A DNA stretch of 63,873 bases, counting the filler, from Caldilineae bacterium (GTDB lineage: Bacteria; Chloroflexota; Anaerolineae; DTLA01): NCBI GenBank assembly GCA_037446815.1. It is 5 parts of 5 records of this genome, joined end to end, with 100 filler letters (N's around TTAATTAATTAA, not from the genome) between each part and the next. Parts side by side here need not be neighbours in the genome. Positions count along the whole stretch, not along the records: positions 1 to 13,940 come from JBBIHX010000066.1; 4 more parts are not named here. One strand, 5' to 3'. The position numbers and the translations under genes were made by a program. The notes below the pieces were generated by a model. It did not search any database and was not told the origin of the DNA. It saw nothing but the letters and a program-made list of their open reading frames with translations. This document shows positions 1-9,272 of the stretch, in pieces (position 1 is the first letter of the stretch; the number at the start of each line of letters is the position of its first letter).

Positions 1-11
1 TGCTCCTTCTG

Positions 12-1310
12 GTGAGCGCCTGCGCCGCCAACACTGCGGCGGGAGGCCCAAGCCCCGCCACGCCCCCCGCCGCGCTGCCCGCGCCGACGCAACTTCGCGC
101 GACCGGCTCAACCTCGCTCGCCACCGTCTGGGAAAAGCAATTTGACAACAACGGCAGGGCCGACCTCGCCGCTTCCATTGTGGAAACGCCCGACGGCGAC
201 CTGGTTATCGTCGGCGCTACGGGCCCAACCCCCTGCCTGCTGTGGTGCAACACCGACGGCTGGATCATCAAAATCAACGCCCGCGGCGACCTGCTCTGGC
301 AGCGCCAGATCGGCGGCAACGGCGCCGACTCCTTCAACTCCGTGATTCTCAAAGGGAACAACTACTGGGTTACCGGCACCAAATACGTGTTTCCCTATGC
401 CTACCAGGCGTGGCTCGTGGAAATCGCCCCCGATGGCAGTGTGGTCTGGGAGAAAACCTTCGGCGGCAGCCAGGACGAATTCGTCGTGGAAACCATCGCC
501 ACACCCGATGGCAATTTCCTCATGACCGGCCGCACCGTATCGTTCGGCGTCCAGGATGACAAAGGGGACGTGTGGCTGGTCAAACTGGACCCCGACGGCA
601 ACATCCTCTGGAGCACCACCCACGATCTGGGCGCCGAAGATGGCGGCACCTCCCTCATCGCCTGGACATCCGGTCGCTACATCCTCACCGCCGACACGTG
701 CACGGCCGACTGTCGCAGCATCTTGACGCCCCAAATCTTCACCACCTACCTGGTGCTTGACGGCAATGGAAACATCCTCAAATCGCGGACCTTCGCCGAA
801 GGCCCCAAGAACAAGTTCGGCGCCATCAAACCCACCCGCGATGGCGGCGCGGTCATCGTCGGCGGAACCAGCATGCAGGAGGACTTTCCAAGCGCAGACA
901 CCTGGATCGTCAAACTGGATGCCAACGCTGACGTGGCGTGGACGAAGGTCTTCAGCAGTTACGGGCGCTACGATGGCGCCTACGACGTGGTGCAGATGCC
1001 CGACGGGGGCTACGTCGTGTCGGCATATACCCAGGCGTACCAAACACCGGAGATGGACTTTGACAACTTCTGGCTCATACGGTTGAACAGCGCCGGCGAC
1101 ATCCTCTGGTCCCGCATCTGGGGCGGCCCGGAAAATGACGATCCCCTGTCCGTGATTCGCACGTCCGATGGCGCAATCGTGGTAGCCGGATTCAAGGATG
1201 CCGTCTCCTGGCCGATACAGGAAATCCCCGGCCCGTCGGATGCCTATGTCATCAAACTGACCGACGCCCAGACGCTGTTTCTTCCTTGCGTGTTTCGGGC
1301 CGCCCAGTAG
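12..1310 (+). CDS. Secreted/lipoprotein beta-propeller repeat protein (5' end probably truncated by window edge)
   Basis: Repeated 'W(L/I)(V/I)KLDxxGxILWxRxxGG' blades, a Pro/Ala/Thr linker after 'LLVSAC' (lipobox-like), and a C-terminal TLFLPCVFR motif. Confidence 0.8.
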   Translation: MSACAANTAAGGPSPATPPAALPAPTQLRATGSTSLATVWEKQFDNNGRADLAASIVETPDGDLVIVGATGPTPCLLWCNTDGWIIKINARGDLLWQRQIGGNGADSFNSVILKGNNYWVTGTKYVFPYAYQAWLVEIAPDGSVVWEKTFGGSQDEFVVETIATPDGNFLMTGRTVSFGVQDDKGDVWLVKLDPDGNILWSTTHDLGAEDGGTSLIAWTSGRYILTADTCTADCRSILTPQIFTTYLVLDGNGNILKSRTFAEGPKNKFGAIKPTRDGGAVIVGGTSMQEDFPSADTWIVKLDANADVAWTKVFSSYGRYDGAYDVVQMPDGGYVVSAYTQAYQTPEMDFDNFWLIRLNSAGDILWSRIWGGPENDDPLSVIRTSDGAIVVAGFKDAVSWPIQEIPGPSDAYVIKLTDAQTLFLPCVFRAAQ

Positions 1311-1334
1311 GGCCGCGGGGACAACCGTCCACCC

Positions 1335-1757
1335 CTACCCCGCCACCTCCGCCAGCGCCGCGTCCAACTCCCCCAGCGAACCCACCACCCGCGTGGACAG
1401 AAAGCGCACCGCCCAGTTCCGCGCCAGCGGCGATACGGTGATGACCGTCTTGCCGGCCCGGCGGGCCTCCCACATCTCCACCGCCGTGCCCATGCTGCAC
1501 GCGGGCACGTAGGCGATCACCACGTCGGCGGCCCGCGCCTCCTCAATCATCGCGAAGAACGTCTCCCGCGCGCGCTCATCGGAGTAGTCCAGGCTATTCG
1601 GGTGCAGTGCCACGGGGTCCACGATGCGGGCGTCGGGGAAGCGACGCCGAATCGCCGCCGCAATCTCTGCGCGGTAGTCCTGCTCGTGCATCCCGTCGGC
1701 CAGCGAACCCTGGATGATGCCCGCGATGAAAAACGTCAGCCCCACAGACACCCCCAC
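1335..1757 (-). CDS. Nucleoside 2-deoxyribosyltransferase-like protein
   Basis: FFIAG...ADVVIAYVPACSMGTAVEMWEA matches the NDT/DNPH1-like 'SxGTAxE' motif. Confidence 0.6.
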   Translation of the reverse strand: MGVSVGLTFFIAGIIQGSLADGMHEQDYRAEIAAAIRRRFPDARIVDPVALHPNSLDYSDERARETFFAMIEEARAADVVIAYVPACSMGTAVEMWEARRAGKTVITVSPLARNWAVRFLSTRVVGSLGELDAALAEVAG

Positions 1758-1759
1758 TC

Positions 1760-1840
1760 AACACAGAGATTCACCGCAGAGAGGCACAGAGCGCGCAGAG
1801 AAAATCAGGAGGCTCTGCGCCCTCCCCGTCTCCGCGGTGC
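1760..1840. repeat. Imperfect inverted repeat built from CAGAG-rich short units
   Basis: caccgcagagaggcacagagcgcgcagag ... ctctgcgccctccccgtctccgcggtg between buk and the downstream gene. Confidence 0.5.
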
Positions 1841-1849
1841 GAAGAAGAA

Positions 1850-2914
1850 TCACGCGTACTCCCTGGCCTCTTCCTCGCCGCGCAGCACGCGGAGCGCGCC
1901 CATGGTCATCGCCTCCATCTCATCCTCGCCCGGGAAGATGAGCACCGGCGCGATCCACTCCACCCGCTCGCGCACCCAGCCCGTGAGCATCTCCGAGTGG
2001 GCCAGCCCGCCCGTCAGCACGATGGCGTCCACTTTCCCGTACAGCACCGTCGCCATGCCGCCGATCTCTTTGGCAATCTGATACGCCATCGCCTCGTACA
2101 CCAGGCGCGCATGCTCGTCCCCCTCGGCGATGCGGCGCTCCACCTCGCGCGCGTCGTTGGTCCCCAGGTGCGCCACCAGCCCCCCGCCGCCCACGCAGCG
2201 CCGCCACAACTCGTCAAAGGTGTACTTGCCCGAATAGGCGAGCCGCAGCAAATCGCCGATGGGAAGCCCGCCCGCCCGCTCGGGCGAGAACGGCCCCGTG
2301 CCATCCAGCGCCTGGTTCACGTCAATCATGCGCCCCTTGCGGTGCGGGCTTACGGATATCCCGCCGCCCATGTGGACAACCACGAGATTGAGTTCCTCGT
2401 AAGGCTTGCCTAGCGCCTTGGCCGCCTTGCGGGCTGCCGCCTTCAGGTTCAGGGCGTGCGACAGGCTCTTGCGCTCAATCTCCGGCAGCCCGCTGATGCG
2501 CGCGATAGGCTCAAACTCGTCCACCGACACGGGATCTACGATGAACGCCGGCGCCCCGGCTCGGTCTGCGATCTCCCGCGCGATGAACGCGCCCAGATTG
2601 CTCACGTGCTCACGTTTGGGCTGGCGCAGGTCATCCAGCATGCGTTCGTTGATGCGGTACACGCCGCTGGGGATGGGAGGCAGCGCGCCGCCCCGCCCCA
2701 CCACCGCATGCAGCGACTTCAGGTCAACGCCCTTCTCTTCCAACACGCGCAGGATAACGTCGCGGCGGAATTCGTACTGATCCACAATGCGCTTGTACTG
2801 GGCGATCTCCTCCGCCGAGTGTCGGATGACCTCCACAAACACCGGCGACTCATCCTCGTACAGCGCGACCTTCGTGGACGTGGAACCCGGATTGATGCTC
2901 AGCACCCGATACAT
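1850..2914 (-). CDS. buk: Butyrate kinase
   Basis: INPGSTSTKVA, VVGRGG, SHALN, HMGGGIS, GPFSPERAG, LTGGLA and PGEDE motifs. Confidence 0.95.
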   Translation of the reverse strand: MYRVLSINPGSTSTKVALYEDESPVFVEVIRHSAEEIAQYKRIVDQYEFRRDVILRVLEEKGVDLKSLHAVVGRGGALPPIPSGVYRINERMLDDLRQPKREHVSNLGAFIAREIADRAGAPAFIVDPVSVDEFEPIARISGLPEIERKSLSHALNLKAAARKAAKALGKPYEELNLVVVHMGGGISVSPHRKGRMIDVNQALDGTGPFSPERAGGLPIGDLLRLAYSGKYTFDELWRRCVGGGGLVAHLGTNDAREVERRIAEGDEHARLVYEAMAYQIAKEIGGMATVLYGKVDAIVLTGGLAHSEMLTGWVRERVEWIAPVLIFPGEDEMEAMTMGALRVLRGEEEAREYA

Positions 2915-2946
2915 GCCTCACCTCATTGTGGGAGTCGTCATTGACG

Positions 2947-3972
2947 CTAGGCGTCGTCGCGCCACAAAATGCGGCCATCCACCTCGGCTAGGCTTCCGCA
3001 GCCCGTGAGGATCATGGCAGAGCGCAACTGATCCGCGTACTGGGCCAGGAGCGCGGCGACCGCTTCCTTGCCGCCGCCGACCGCCGCGATGCTCATCGGG
3101 CGCCCCACCATCACGGCGTCCGCGCCCAGCGCCAGCATCTTCAGCACATCGTACCCGGAGCGCACCCCGCCATCCGCGAGAATGGTGATTTGGCCTTTCA
3201 CCCGCGCCGCGATAGACGGGAGCACGTCCGCCGTGCCCGGCGTATGGTCAAGGATGCGCCCGCCGTGGTTGGACACGACGATGGCCGCCGCGCCGGTGTC
3301 CACGGCCATCTCGGCCTCGTCGGGCGTCATGATGCCCTTCAGAATGAACGGCCGTCCCATGCCGGCGATGATCTCCTTCCACGCGGCGGCGGGCTTGGGG
3401 CCGACGTACTGCCCCGCGCGCACCATGCCGATAATCCCCGCCGCGTCTATATCCACGCCCACAGCCCACGCGCCCGCCTCTTCTGCGCGGCGGAGCAGGC
3501 GAACGATGTCCTCTGAGCGTCGCGGCTTGGAGATGAAACACCCGCGGCCCTCATACCGCGCGATGGTGGCAAATCCGACCTCGGCCAGCGCGGGATTCGG
3601 CCCATCGCCGGCCATGCCCAGCGAGCCCGCAGCCACCGCGCCGCCCAGCAGGCCGTCGGCCAACTCGGCTTCGGACACCGCATCGTTCATGTTGAGGGTA
3701 GTCCCCGCCACCGGCGCGACCAGGATGGGCATATCCAGGGCGTGCCCGAACAAGGTGATGCGTATGTCGGGCGTGTCCTTCCCGTGCAGCGTGCGCAGGT
3801 TCAGATGGTACCGACCCAGCGCCGCGACGTTGTTCATGAACGACGAGCCCGACCCAAGGCCCCCCATGCCCGGCATCTCCCCCGCGCATACTCGCCCGTC
3901 GCAGACTGGACACACCCGGCACGCGCCGCGGAACCGCTCCTTCGCCGTTCGCTTGATCTCACTCCAGTCCAC
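2947..3972 (-). CDS. FMN-dependent alpha-hydroxy-acid oxidase/dehydrogenase with N-terminal Cys cluster
   Basis: ILKGI, VSNHGGR, DGGVRSG and GRP motifs; N-terminal CRVCPVCDGRVC; start GTG 3972 or TTG 3990. Confidence 0.88.
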   Translation of the reverse strand: MDWSEIKRTAKERFRGACRVCPVCDGRVCAGEMPGMGGLGSGSSFMNNVAALGRYHLNLRTLHGKDTPDIRITLFGHALDMPILVAPVAGTTLNMNDAVSEAELADGLLGGAVAAGSLGMAGDGPNPALAEVGFATIARYEGRGCFISKPRRSEDIVRLLRRAEEAGAWAVGVDIDAAGIIGMVRAGQYVGPKPAAAWKEIIAGMGRPFILKGIMTPDEAEMAVDTGAAAIVVSNHGGRILDHTPGTADVLPSIAARVKGQITILADGGVRSGYDVLKMLALGADAVMVGRPMSIAAVGGGKEAVAALLAQYADQLRSAMILTGCGSLAEVDGRILWRDDA

Positions 3973-3979
3973 GGCCCAC

Positions 3980-4489
3980 CTACCTGTCAAAATAGATGTT
4001 CTTGCCGGTCGCCGACAGCGGGATACCCATCACGAAGTCGGCGTCTATCAGGCCCATCTCACGGGCGACCACGCCGATGCGATACATGATGCGGTTGTCC
4101 ACGTTCAGAATCTGCGCCGTTTTCACCGCAGACCCCAGGGCGATGCCCATGTCCAGCAGGCGGTAGGCGCATTGAGGGCCTTTGAACTCGCCCTCAAAGG
4201 TATTGATCTTCAAGCACTTCTCAAACCCGCACGCGCCGCAATTCAGGCCGACGGGCGTAGCGTCCTTGATGCCCACGAGCACCACGGCCGCCGAATTCGC
4301 CACGTTCTTGCCGTCGCGGTCAAAGTTGACCTTGCCCGTGCGAACGCCGAACTCCACCATTTTCTCGGCCAGTTCGCGCAGGATGTCGCCCTTGAGCGTG
4401 CGCACGACGACAAAATCCTTGCCCGCCGCCTTGGGGGCCGTGCGCGCAGCGACCTCCATGAGTGCGGTTACGACGTCCATTGCTTCCAT
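3980..4489 (-). CDS. DUF2148 / ferredoxin-like nitroreductase-fold protein
   Basis: AARTAPK, NCGACGFEKC, DMGIALGSA, VDNRIMY and GKNIYFDR are typical of this family. Confidence 0.85.
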   Translation of the reverse strand: MEAMDVVTALMEVAARTAPKAAGKDFVVVRTLKGDILRELAEKMVEFGVRTGKVNFDRDGKNVANSAAVVLVGIKDATPVGLNCGACGFEKCLKINTFEGEFKGPQCAYRLLDMGIALGSAVKTAQILNVDNRIMYRIGVVAREMGLIDADFVMGIPLSATGKNIYFDR

Positions 4490-4519
4490 GTAAGCGTACC
4501 TCCGTAATACGTGTTGATG

Positions 4520-5161
4520 TCATGTCACGGCGTTGGCGTCTGAATCGCCGGGTTTCCCCTGCTCGGCCGACGCCTTGCGATAACGCTTGAGTTCGGCGCT
4601 CGCCCCAATTGCATATATAGACCCCGGCAGCAGGTCAATGACCTCATTGAATTGGTGCACCGCCTCGGCAGACCTACCGCTCCGCATCAGCGCCAGGCCG
4701 AGGTTGTACCGGCAGGCCGCCTCGTGCTTGGGCGACAGGTTGCCCTTGTCCGCGTTCCCGATGAGGCCGGTCAGTATTTGGATCGCCTCTTCCAGCCTGC
4801 CCTCTTTCAGTGAGCACGCGCCGCGGTTGATGCGAGCGGCCCAGCGGCTTGCATCGCCCAGGGCGATGGCCTCGCCCGCGTCGTACAGCCGCCGCGCCAG
4901 CGACCATCGTCCCATGCGTGCCGCCGCATTGCCCAAATCAATCGCCAATTGCGCGCGCATCGTCAGCAGGTACAGCAGCACGATGAAGAGAACGGGATGG
5001 AGCATGAAACCGCTAACCCAGTAGATAACATAGACGAGCGCGGTGAACGCGAGGCTCTCGCCGGCAAAGCGCAGGCTCAAAGGCTCGCGTCGCAGCAGCG
5101 ACAACCCGCCGAACAGCCCCACATACAGCAGTCCCAATAGCAGCGTCAGCCAAAGGCCCAT
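4520..5161 (-). CDS. Membrane protein with three N-terminal TM helices and C-terminal TPRs
   Basis: Hydrophobic N-terminus from MGLWLTLL (GGAGG RBS upstream); TPR-like 'RYNLGLALMRSGRSAEAVHQF'. Confidence 0.75.
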   Translation of the reverse strand: MGLWLTLLLGLLYVGLFGGLSLLRREPLSLRFAGESLAFTALVYVIYWVSGFMLHPVLFIVLLYLLTMRAQLAIDLGNAAARMGRWSLARRLYDAGEAIALGDASRWAARINRGACSLKEGRLEEAIQILTGLIGNADKGNLSPKHEAACRYNLGLALMRSGRSAEAVHQFNEVIDLLPGSIYAIGASAELKRYRKASAEQGKPGDSDANAVT

Positions 5162-5231
5162 CGTGAACCCTCCTGGCAAAACAAGGCCCTTGTCGCTCGG
5201 GACAAGGGCCTTGCGCGAGCAATGCGGCACC

Positions 5232-6209
5232 CTATTTGAACAGGTCGCGAGCGGTGCGCTCCAGCATGGTAACGCCGCGAACCTCGGTCTCGTACAGCGG
5301 CACAATCGCCCGCACGCCATCGCCGAAGGTGCGGTGAATCACGCCCATGTACTCGTCCTGCATAGCGACTCGGTTGCGGACAAACTCCGGCGTCGTATCG
5401 GTAACCGTGCTCTTGTCAATCACCATGTTCACGATGACGCCGCCCACGGGAATCCCGAACTCGGTGAACCAGTTGATGAACCGCGTGATGACCGCGATGG
5501 GGAGCGCTTCGGGCAGCGTTACGAAGAAGAAGGCCGTCTTCTCCGCGTCAGTCAGGAGTTCCTTCGCATGCCCCATCCGATCCTTGAAGCGGAGCAGGTA
5601 CTCCATGAGCGGGTCCTTCTCCTGCTTCTTCTTGCTGTAGGACAGGAGTTCGCGCAGGCTTCGCGCCTCTTCGCGGCTTTGCACCATCTTGTTCACCCAC
5701 AGCGAGTACACCGAGGACATGCCGAGCAAGCGCCGCGCATTGGCCGTGGGCGCCGTGTCAAAGACATACGCCTCGTACTTGTCCTCAAACATGATGTCAA
5801 TCATGTTCTCAAACATCGCCGACTCTTCAAACGCCGGGTTCATCGTGGCCGATTCCACGAACTCATCCGCCTTGGTCTTGATGTCGGCGAACTTGAGGAA
5901 CCACTCTATCTTCTCGCGAATCTCCCGCTTGGACTTCTCTATGGTCTCTCGCGTATCAATCTCGTGGGCCCACAGGTTCGGCACGCCGGTTACGGGCGTT
6001 GGCTTGCCGAAGACATCCTGCCCGAGCAGGCTGGTCAGGCTATGCACCGGGTTGGTGGAGGCCAGAAGCGTACGCTTGCCCTGCTGCGCAAGCCACAAGG
6101 CCGCCGTGCCTGCCATCACCGTCTTCCCGACGCCGCCTTTGCCTCCGAAGAAGACGTACTTCATCTTAGGATGTTCGGCGAGGAATTGCTGCGTTGTCTT
6201 GGTAATCAT
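5232..6209 (-). CDS. ArsA/Get3-family ATPase (switch I Asp->Asn)
   Basis: GKGGVGKT deviant Walker A, STNPVHSL, DTAPT; no Cys residues. Confidence 0.92.
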   Translation of the reverse strand: MITKTTQQFLAEHPKMKYVFFGGKGGVGKTVMAGTAALWLAQQGKRTLLASTNPVHSLTSLLGQDVFGKPTPVTGVPNLWAHEIDTRETIEKSKREIREKIEWFLKFADIKTKADEFVESATMNPAFEESAMFENMIDIMFEDKYEAYVFDTAPTANARRLLGMSSVYSLWVNKMVQSREEARSLRELLSYSKKKQEKDPLMEYLLRFKDRMGHAKELLTDAEKTAFFFVTLPEALPIAVITRFINWFTEFGIPVGGVIVNMVIDKSTVTDTTPEFVRNRVAMQDEYMGVIHRTFGDGVRAIVPLYETEVRGVTMLERTARDLFK

Positions 6210-7189
6210 GCGCCATTACCTCCAAACATCGCATTGGCGACCTTCTCTATCATCGGCAAGCCGGTGATATCCCGCTCAAACTCGGGCACCCACGCCAACA
6301 CTTCGTCGCCGAAGGTGCGATTGATTTTGTCCAGATACTGCCGCTGCATCTCAATGCGGTTGCGGAGATACGCGGGAATGTCCTGCTGGGTCAGTTCGGG
6401 CGGGATCACGCGGTTGACGATGTAGCCTGATAGGGGTACGTTGAACTTCGCGAACAGCCCCGCCGCCTTCTGCGTGTCCAGGATAATCATCTCCTCGGGG
6501 ACCAGCACGAAGAAGAACGCCGTCTTCTGCTTGTCCGTCAGGATGCTGGAAGAAGTGTTGATGCGGTACTTGATGTACTGCAATTCCTTGAGAATCTTGT
6601 CCTCTTCGGTCTCCTTCTCCCGCCGCATCACGGCCGCCACCTTGGAGTACTCTTCCATCTCTTGACGCAGCGCCGTGATCTTGTCAATCCACTCATCATA
6701 CACCGACGCCATGCTCAGGTAGTACAGCGCGTGGCCGAGCGGCACCAGGTCGTAGATGTAGTAGTCGTACTGGCCGCCCACCACGATGTCCACCACCTCA
6801 TCAAAGATGGCGCTTTCCTCCATGGCGGGTTCCGCCGCGGCCGCCTGGATGTAGTTCTCAATCTCCTGCGGCACCGCCGGCAGGCCGTACATGTCCAGAA
6901 TCTTGCGCCGAATCTCCTCCTGGTACTCCTTGATCCGCTTATCCGCATCAATCTCCTGAGCATACAAGTTCGGCATGATCTCCACGGGGCCTTTGCCGAA
7001 GATGTCCCGCTGGAAGATGTCCGAAAGCGAAGCCTGAGGATCCACCGAGAAGACGAGCACGCGGTGCCCCTGCTTCGCCAGCCAATAGGCAGTGGCAGCG
7101 GAGAACGTGGTCTTCCCCAGGCCGCCCTTGCCCCCAAACATGATGTACCGACGATCGGGATACTGTTTGAAAATCTGCGCTAGCGACAA
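6206..7189 (-). CDS. ArsA/Get3-family ATPase (degenerate switch II)
   Basis: GKGGLGKT, SVDPQASL, DLVPLGH; no Cys; stop overlaps the partner's start (ATGA). Confidence 0.92.
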   Translation of the reverse strand: MSLAQIFKQYPDRRYIMFGGKGGLGKTTFSAATAYWLAKQGHRVLVFSVDPQASLSDIFQRDIFGKGPVEIMPNLYAQEIDADKRIKEYQEEIRRKILDMYGLPAVPQEIENYIQAAAAEPAMEESAIFDEVVDIVVGGQYDYYIYDLVPLGHALYYLSMASVYDEWIDKITALRQEMEEYSKVAAVMRREKETEEDKILKELQYIKYRINTSSSILTDKQKTAFFFVLVPEEMIILDTQKAAGLFAKFNVPLSGYIVNRVIPPELTQQDIPAYLRNRIEMQRQYLDKINRTFGDEVLAWVPEFERDITGLPMIEKVANAMFGGNGA

Positions 7190-7246
7190 CGCCCATCACC
7201 CCTTTCTTGGTGTTGTGAGATTCATGTTGTGGCGACCGCAAATCGC

Positions 7247-7525
7247 CTATGCAAGCGCGTCGGTGAGGTCGCGCTCGCGGAGCATGCGCCGCTTCCATGT
7301 GGCAATCTGCGGCACCACGTAGGGCAGCAGGCGCAGCGAGTAGTACGGCGGAAGAATCGGGATCCCCAGCAGGTCGCCCATCGTGATGAGGATGAACAGG
7401 TGCTCCATGCTGCCCCGGGTCTTCAGGGCGAAGCGCGCCATGTCGTGGCCCGCCATGCCGTACAACACGCTCTTTGTGGCATCTAGGAACCGCTTGAACA
7501 CACCCCGTTTCTCTTCTTCTGTCAT
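7247..7525 (-). CDS. Small CstA/ArsA-associated protein, paralog 1
   Basis: GDLLGIPILPPYYSLRLLPY...WKRRMLRERDLTD; strong RBS; paralogous to 7538-7831. Confidence 0.8.
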   Translation of the reverse strand: MTEEEKRGVFKRFLDATKSVLYGMAGHDMARFALKTRGSMEHLFILITMGDLLGIPILPPYYSLRLLPYVVPQIATWKRRMLRERDLTDALA

Positions 7526-7537
7526 ATCTGCTCCTCT

Positions 7538-7831
7538 CTATCCGATTTCGGAATCAAACAAGTCCGTTAGGTCTCTTTCCCTCAGGATACACCGCTTCCA
7601 GCGGTCTATCATCGGCACTGTGTACGGAATCAGGCGCAACGAATAGTACGGCGGGAGAATGGGCAAACCAATCATGTCGCCGAATACGACCAGCACAAAA
7701 AACCGCTCCAACTCCCCGCGCTGCTTCTGCAATTCGCGCACCCAGTCATACACGGCCATCCCGTAGACGATCTCTCGCAGCGTCCGCCAGGCGCGCCGAA
7801 GTCTGCTCTCCTCACACACCTCTTCGCCCAT
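7538..7831 (-). CDS. Small CstA/ArsA-associated protein, paralog 2
   Basis: GDMIGLPILPPYYSLRLIPY...WKRCILRERDLTD; start taken at ATG 7831, just after the ferritin stop. Confidence 0.8.
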   Translation of the reverse strand: MGEEVCEESRLRRAWRTLREIVYGMAVYDWVRELQKQRGELERFFVLVVFGDMIGLPILPPYYSLRLIPYTVPMIDRWKRCILRERDLTDLFDSEIG

Positions 7832-7833
7832 CG

Positions 7834-8277
7834 CTAGGCCGTCCCCAGCGCCCGGATTTGGCGTTTCATCCACGTGGCGTGGGCAATCTCATCCTGCAGG
7901 TGCTCGCTGATCATGGAGAGGGTGTCTTCGTCATCAGCGATGTCGGCCACGGCCATGGCGTAATGCTTGATGGCCGCCTGCTCCTCGCTCAACTCCAGGC
8001 GCAGCATATCCACCGTGCTGAGCGCCTGGCTCGCGGCCGCTGCAACCCTGCCGGCGACCGTGGAAGCCCCGCCGGGCTGCACCGGCTTGCCGCCCAGTTC
8101 CCGGATGCGGCGCGACAGATTGGCCGCGTGCTCCTGTTCAACCTCCAGGATCGCGCGCACGCCCTCGGCCACGGCCGCCTCGCGGATCACCTTGGCGTGG
8201 GCCGCGTACATCTCCACCGCCGCGAGTTCGGACTTCAGGGCGTCCTGCAGAACTTGGATAATCTCCTCTTGGGTCAT
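7834..8277 (-). CDS. Ferritin-like (bacterioferritin/rubrerythrin fold) protein
   Basis: E..Y, EQEH, E and DEIAH di-iron-type ligands; 'RIRELGGKP'. Confidence 0.85.
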   Translation of the reverse strand: MTQEEIIQVLQDALKSELAAVEMYAAHAKVIREAAVAEGVRAILEVEQEHAANLSRRIRELGGKPVQPGGASTVAGRVAAAASQALSTVDMLRLELSEEQAAIKHYAMAVADIADDEDTLSMISEHLQDEIAHATWMKRQIRALGTA

Positions 8278-8289
8278 GGCAAGGACCTC

Positions 8290-8754
8290 CTAGGTGCTGG
8301 CAGCCTGCGCCACAGGGACGAACAAAACGGGCACAGGCGCGCGACGGCGGACCTTGTCCTCCACGTTGCCCATGAGCCAACGAGACAAGGCCGCGCGCCG
8401 ATAGGTGGGCATGACGATCAAATCGCATTCCTTCGCGGCCGCATACTCCACGATGGCGTCCGCCTCTCCGCGTTCCGTGAAGACCACTTCGCCGGAAAAC
8501 CGGACACCCGCGTCTTTGCCGAGCCTCGCAAGGCGGCTGAACGCGGCCTGCGCATCCTCGCGCAGCCTAGCCCCACGGGAGCCTGGCTCCGTTTGGATCT
8601 TGTCAAAGAATGCCTCGCCGGACGACACAACGGGGATGATGCGCAGGCCAAAGACATCTGCCTTGTGAGAGGCAGCGAGGAAGAACACGTGCCGGGCCAC
8701 CGCGTCGGGAACCCCGCCCGTGTCAAGCGGGAGCAGAATCCTCCGATACACCAT
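8290..8754 (-). CDS. Universal stress protein (UspA family)
   Basis: YRRILLPLD...CDLIVM...LMGNVEDKVRRRAPVPVLFV. Confidence 0.88.
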   Translation of the reverse strand: MVYRRILLPLDTGGVPDAVARHVFFLAASHKADVFGLRIIPVVSSGEAFFDKIQTEPGSRGARLREDAQAAFSRLARLGKDAGVRFSGEVVFTERGEADAIVEYAAAKECDLIVMPTYRRAALSRWLMGNVEDKVRRRAPVPVLFVPVAQAAST

Positions 8755-9118
8755 TACCCTCCCTCGCCATGGCCAAGTGCAGCCGAGAAATGAGCGCATC
8801 GGCTGCCTCGTGGCCGACGAAACGCTCCTTGCCCAAGACGAACGTCGGATAGCGGCGAACCCCATGTCGCAGCGACAGGTACAGCCCGCGCAGGGACCGC
8901 GGATCGGACCACCGGATGACCAGGTCATTGCCGCCCATCTGAGCCGCGCGGCTGACGATCCCCAACGTCGCCTCAAAATCGCTGCGCCACTCCTCCGGAT
9001 AGGCGTCCTGTCCCCTGTCCATGCCCGCGTCCGTCAACATGACCTGGCAAGTAAAGCACAAACCAACCCTCTCCAGGATCGGTGCAATCACCTCCAGCAG
9101 GATTGGTTTGCGTGCCAT
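8723..9118 (-). CDS. Hypothetical thioredoxin-like protein
   Basis: CFTC motif and 'GVRRYPTFVL' cis-Pro-like motif; lies in the operon between cstA and usp. Confidence 0.6.
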   Translation of the reverse strand: MARKPILLEVIAPILERVGLCFTCQVMLTDAGMDRGQDAYPEEWRSDFEATLGIVSRAAQMGGNDLVIRWSDPRSLRGLYLSLRHGVRRYPTFVLGKERFVGHEAADALISRLHLAMAREGNGVSEDSAPA

Positions 9119-9272
9119 AGGATCACCCATTTTGTAGAGTCTGCCTATATGATACCTTGACAGGTACGTACTGACATTGTACGTCAGCCGCTCCGTTCCG
9201 TCAAGAATCGCAGGCAGGCGCGATGGGAGAGCACCATCGCTCTCCCATCGCTCGGATTACAACCATACGCCG

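Noticed and set aside
5232..7189. Arsenic resistance (arsA) annotation
   Set aside because: No Cys ligands in either protein and no arsRBCD/acr3 context.
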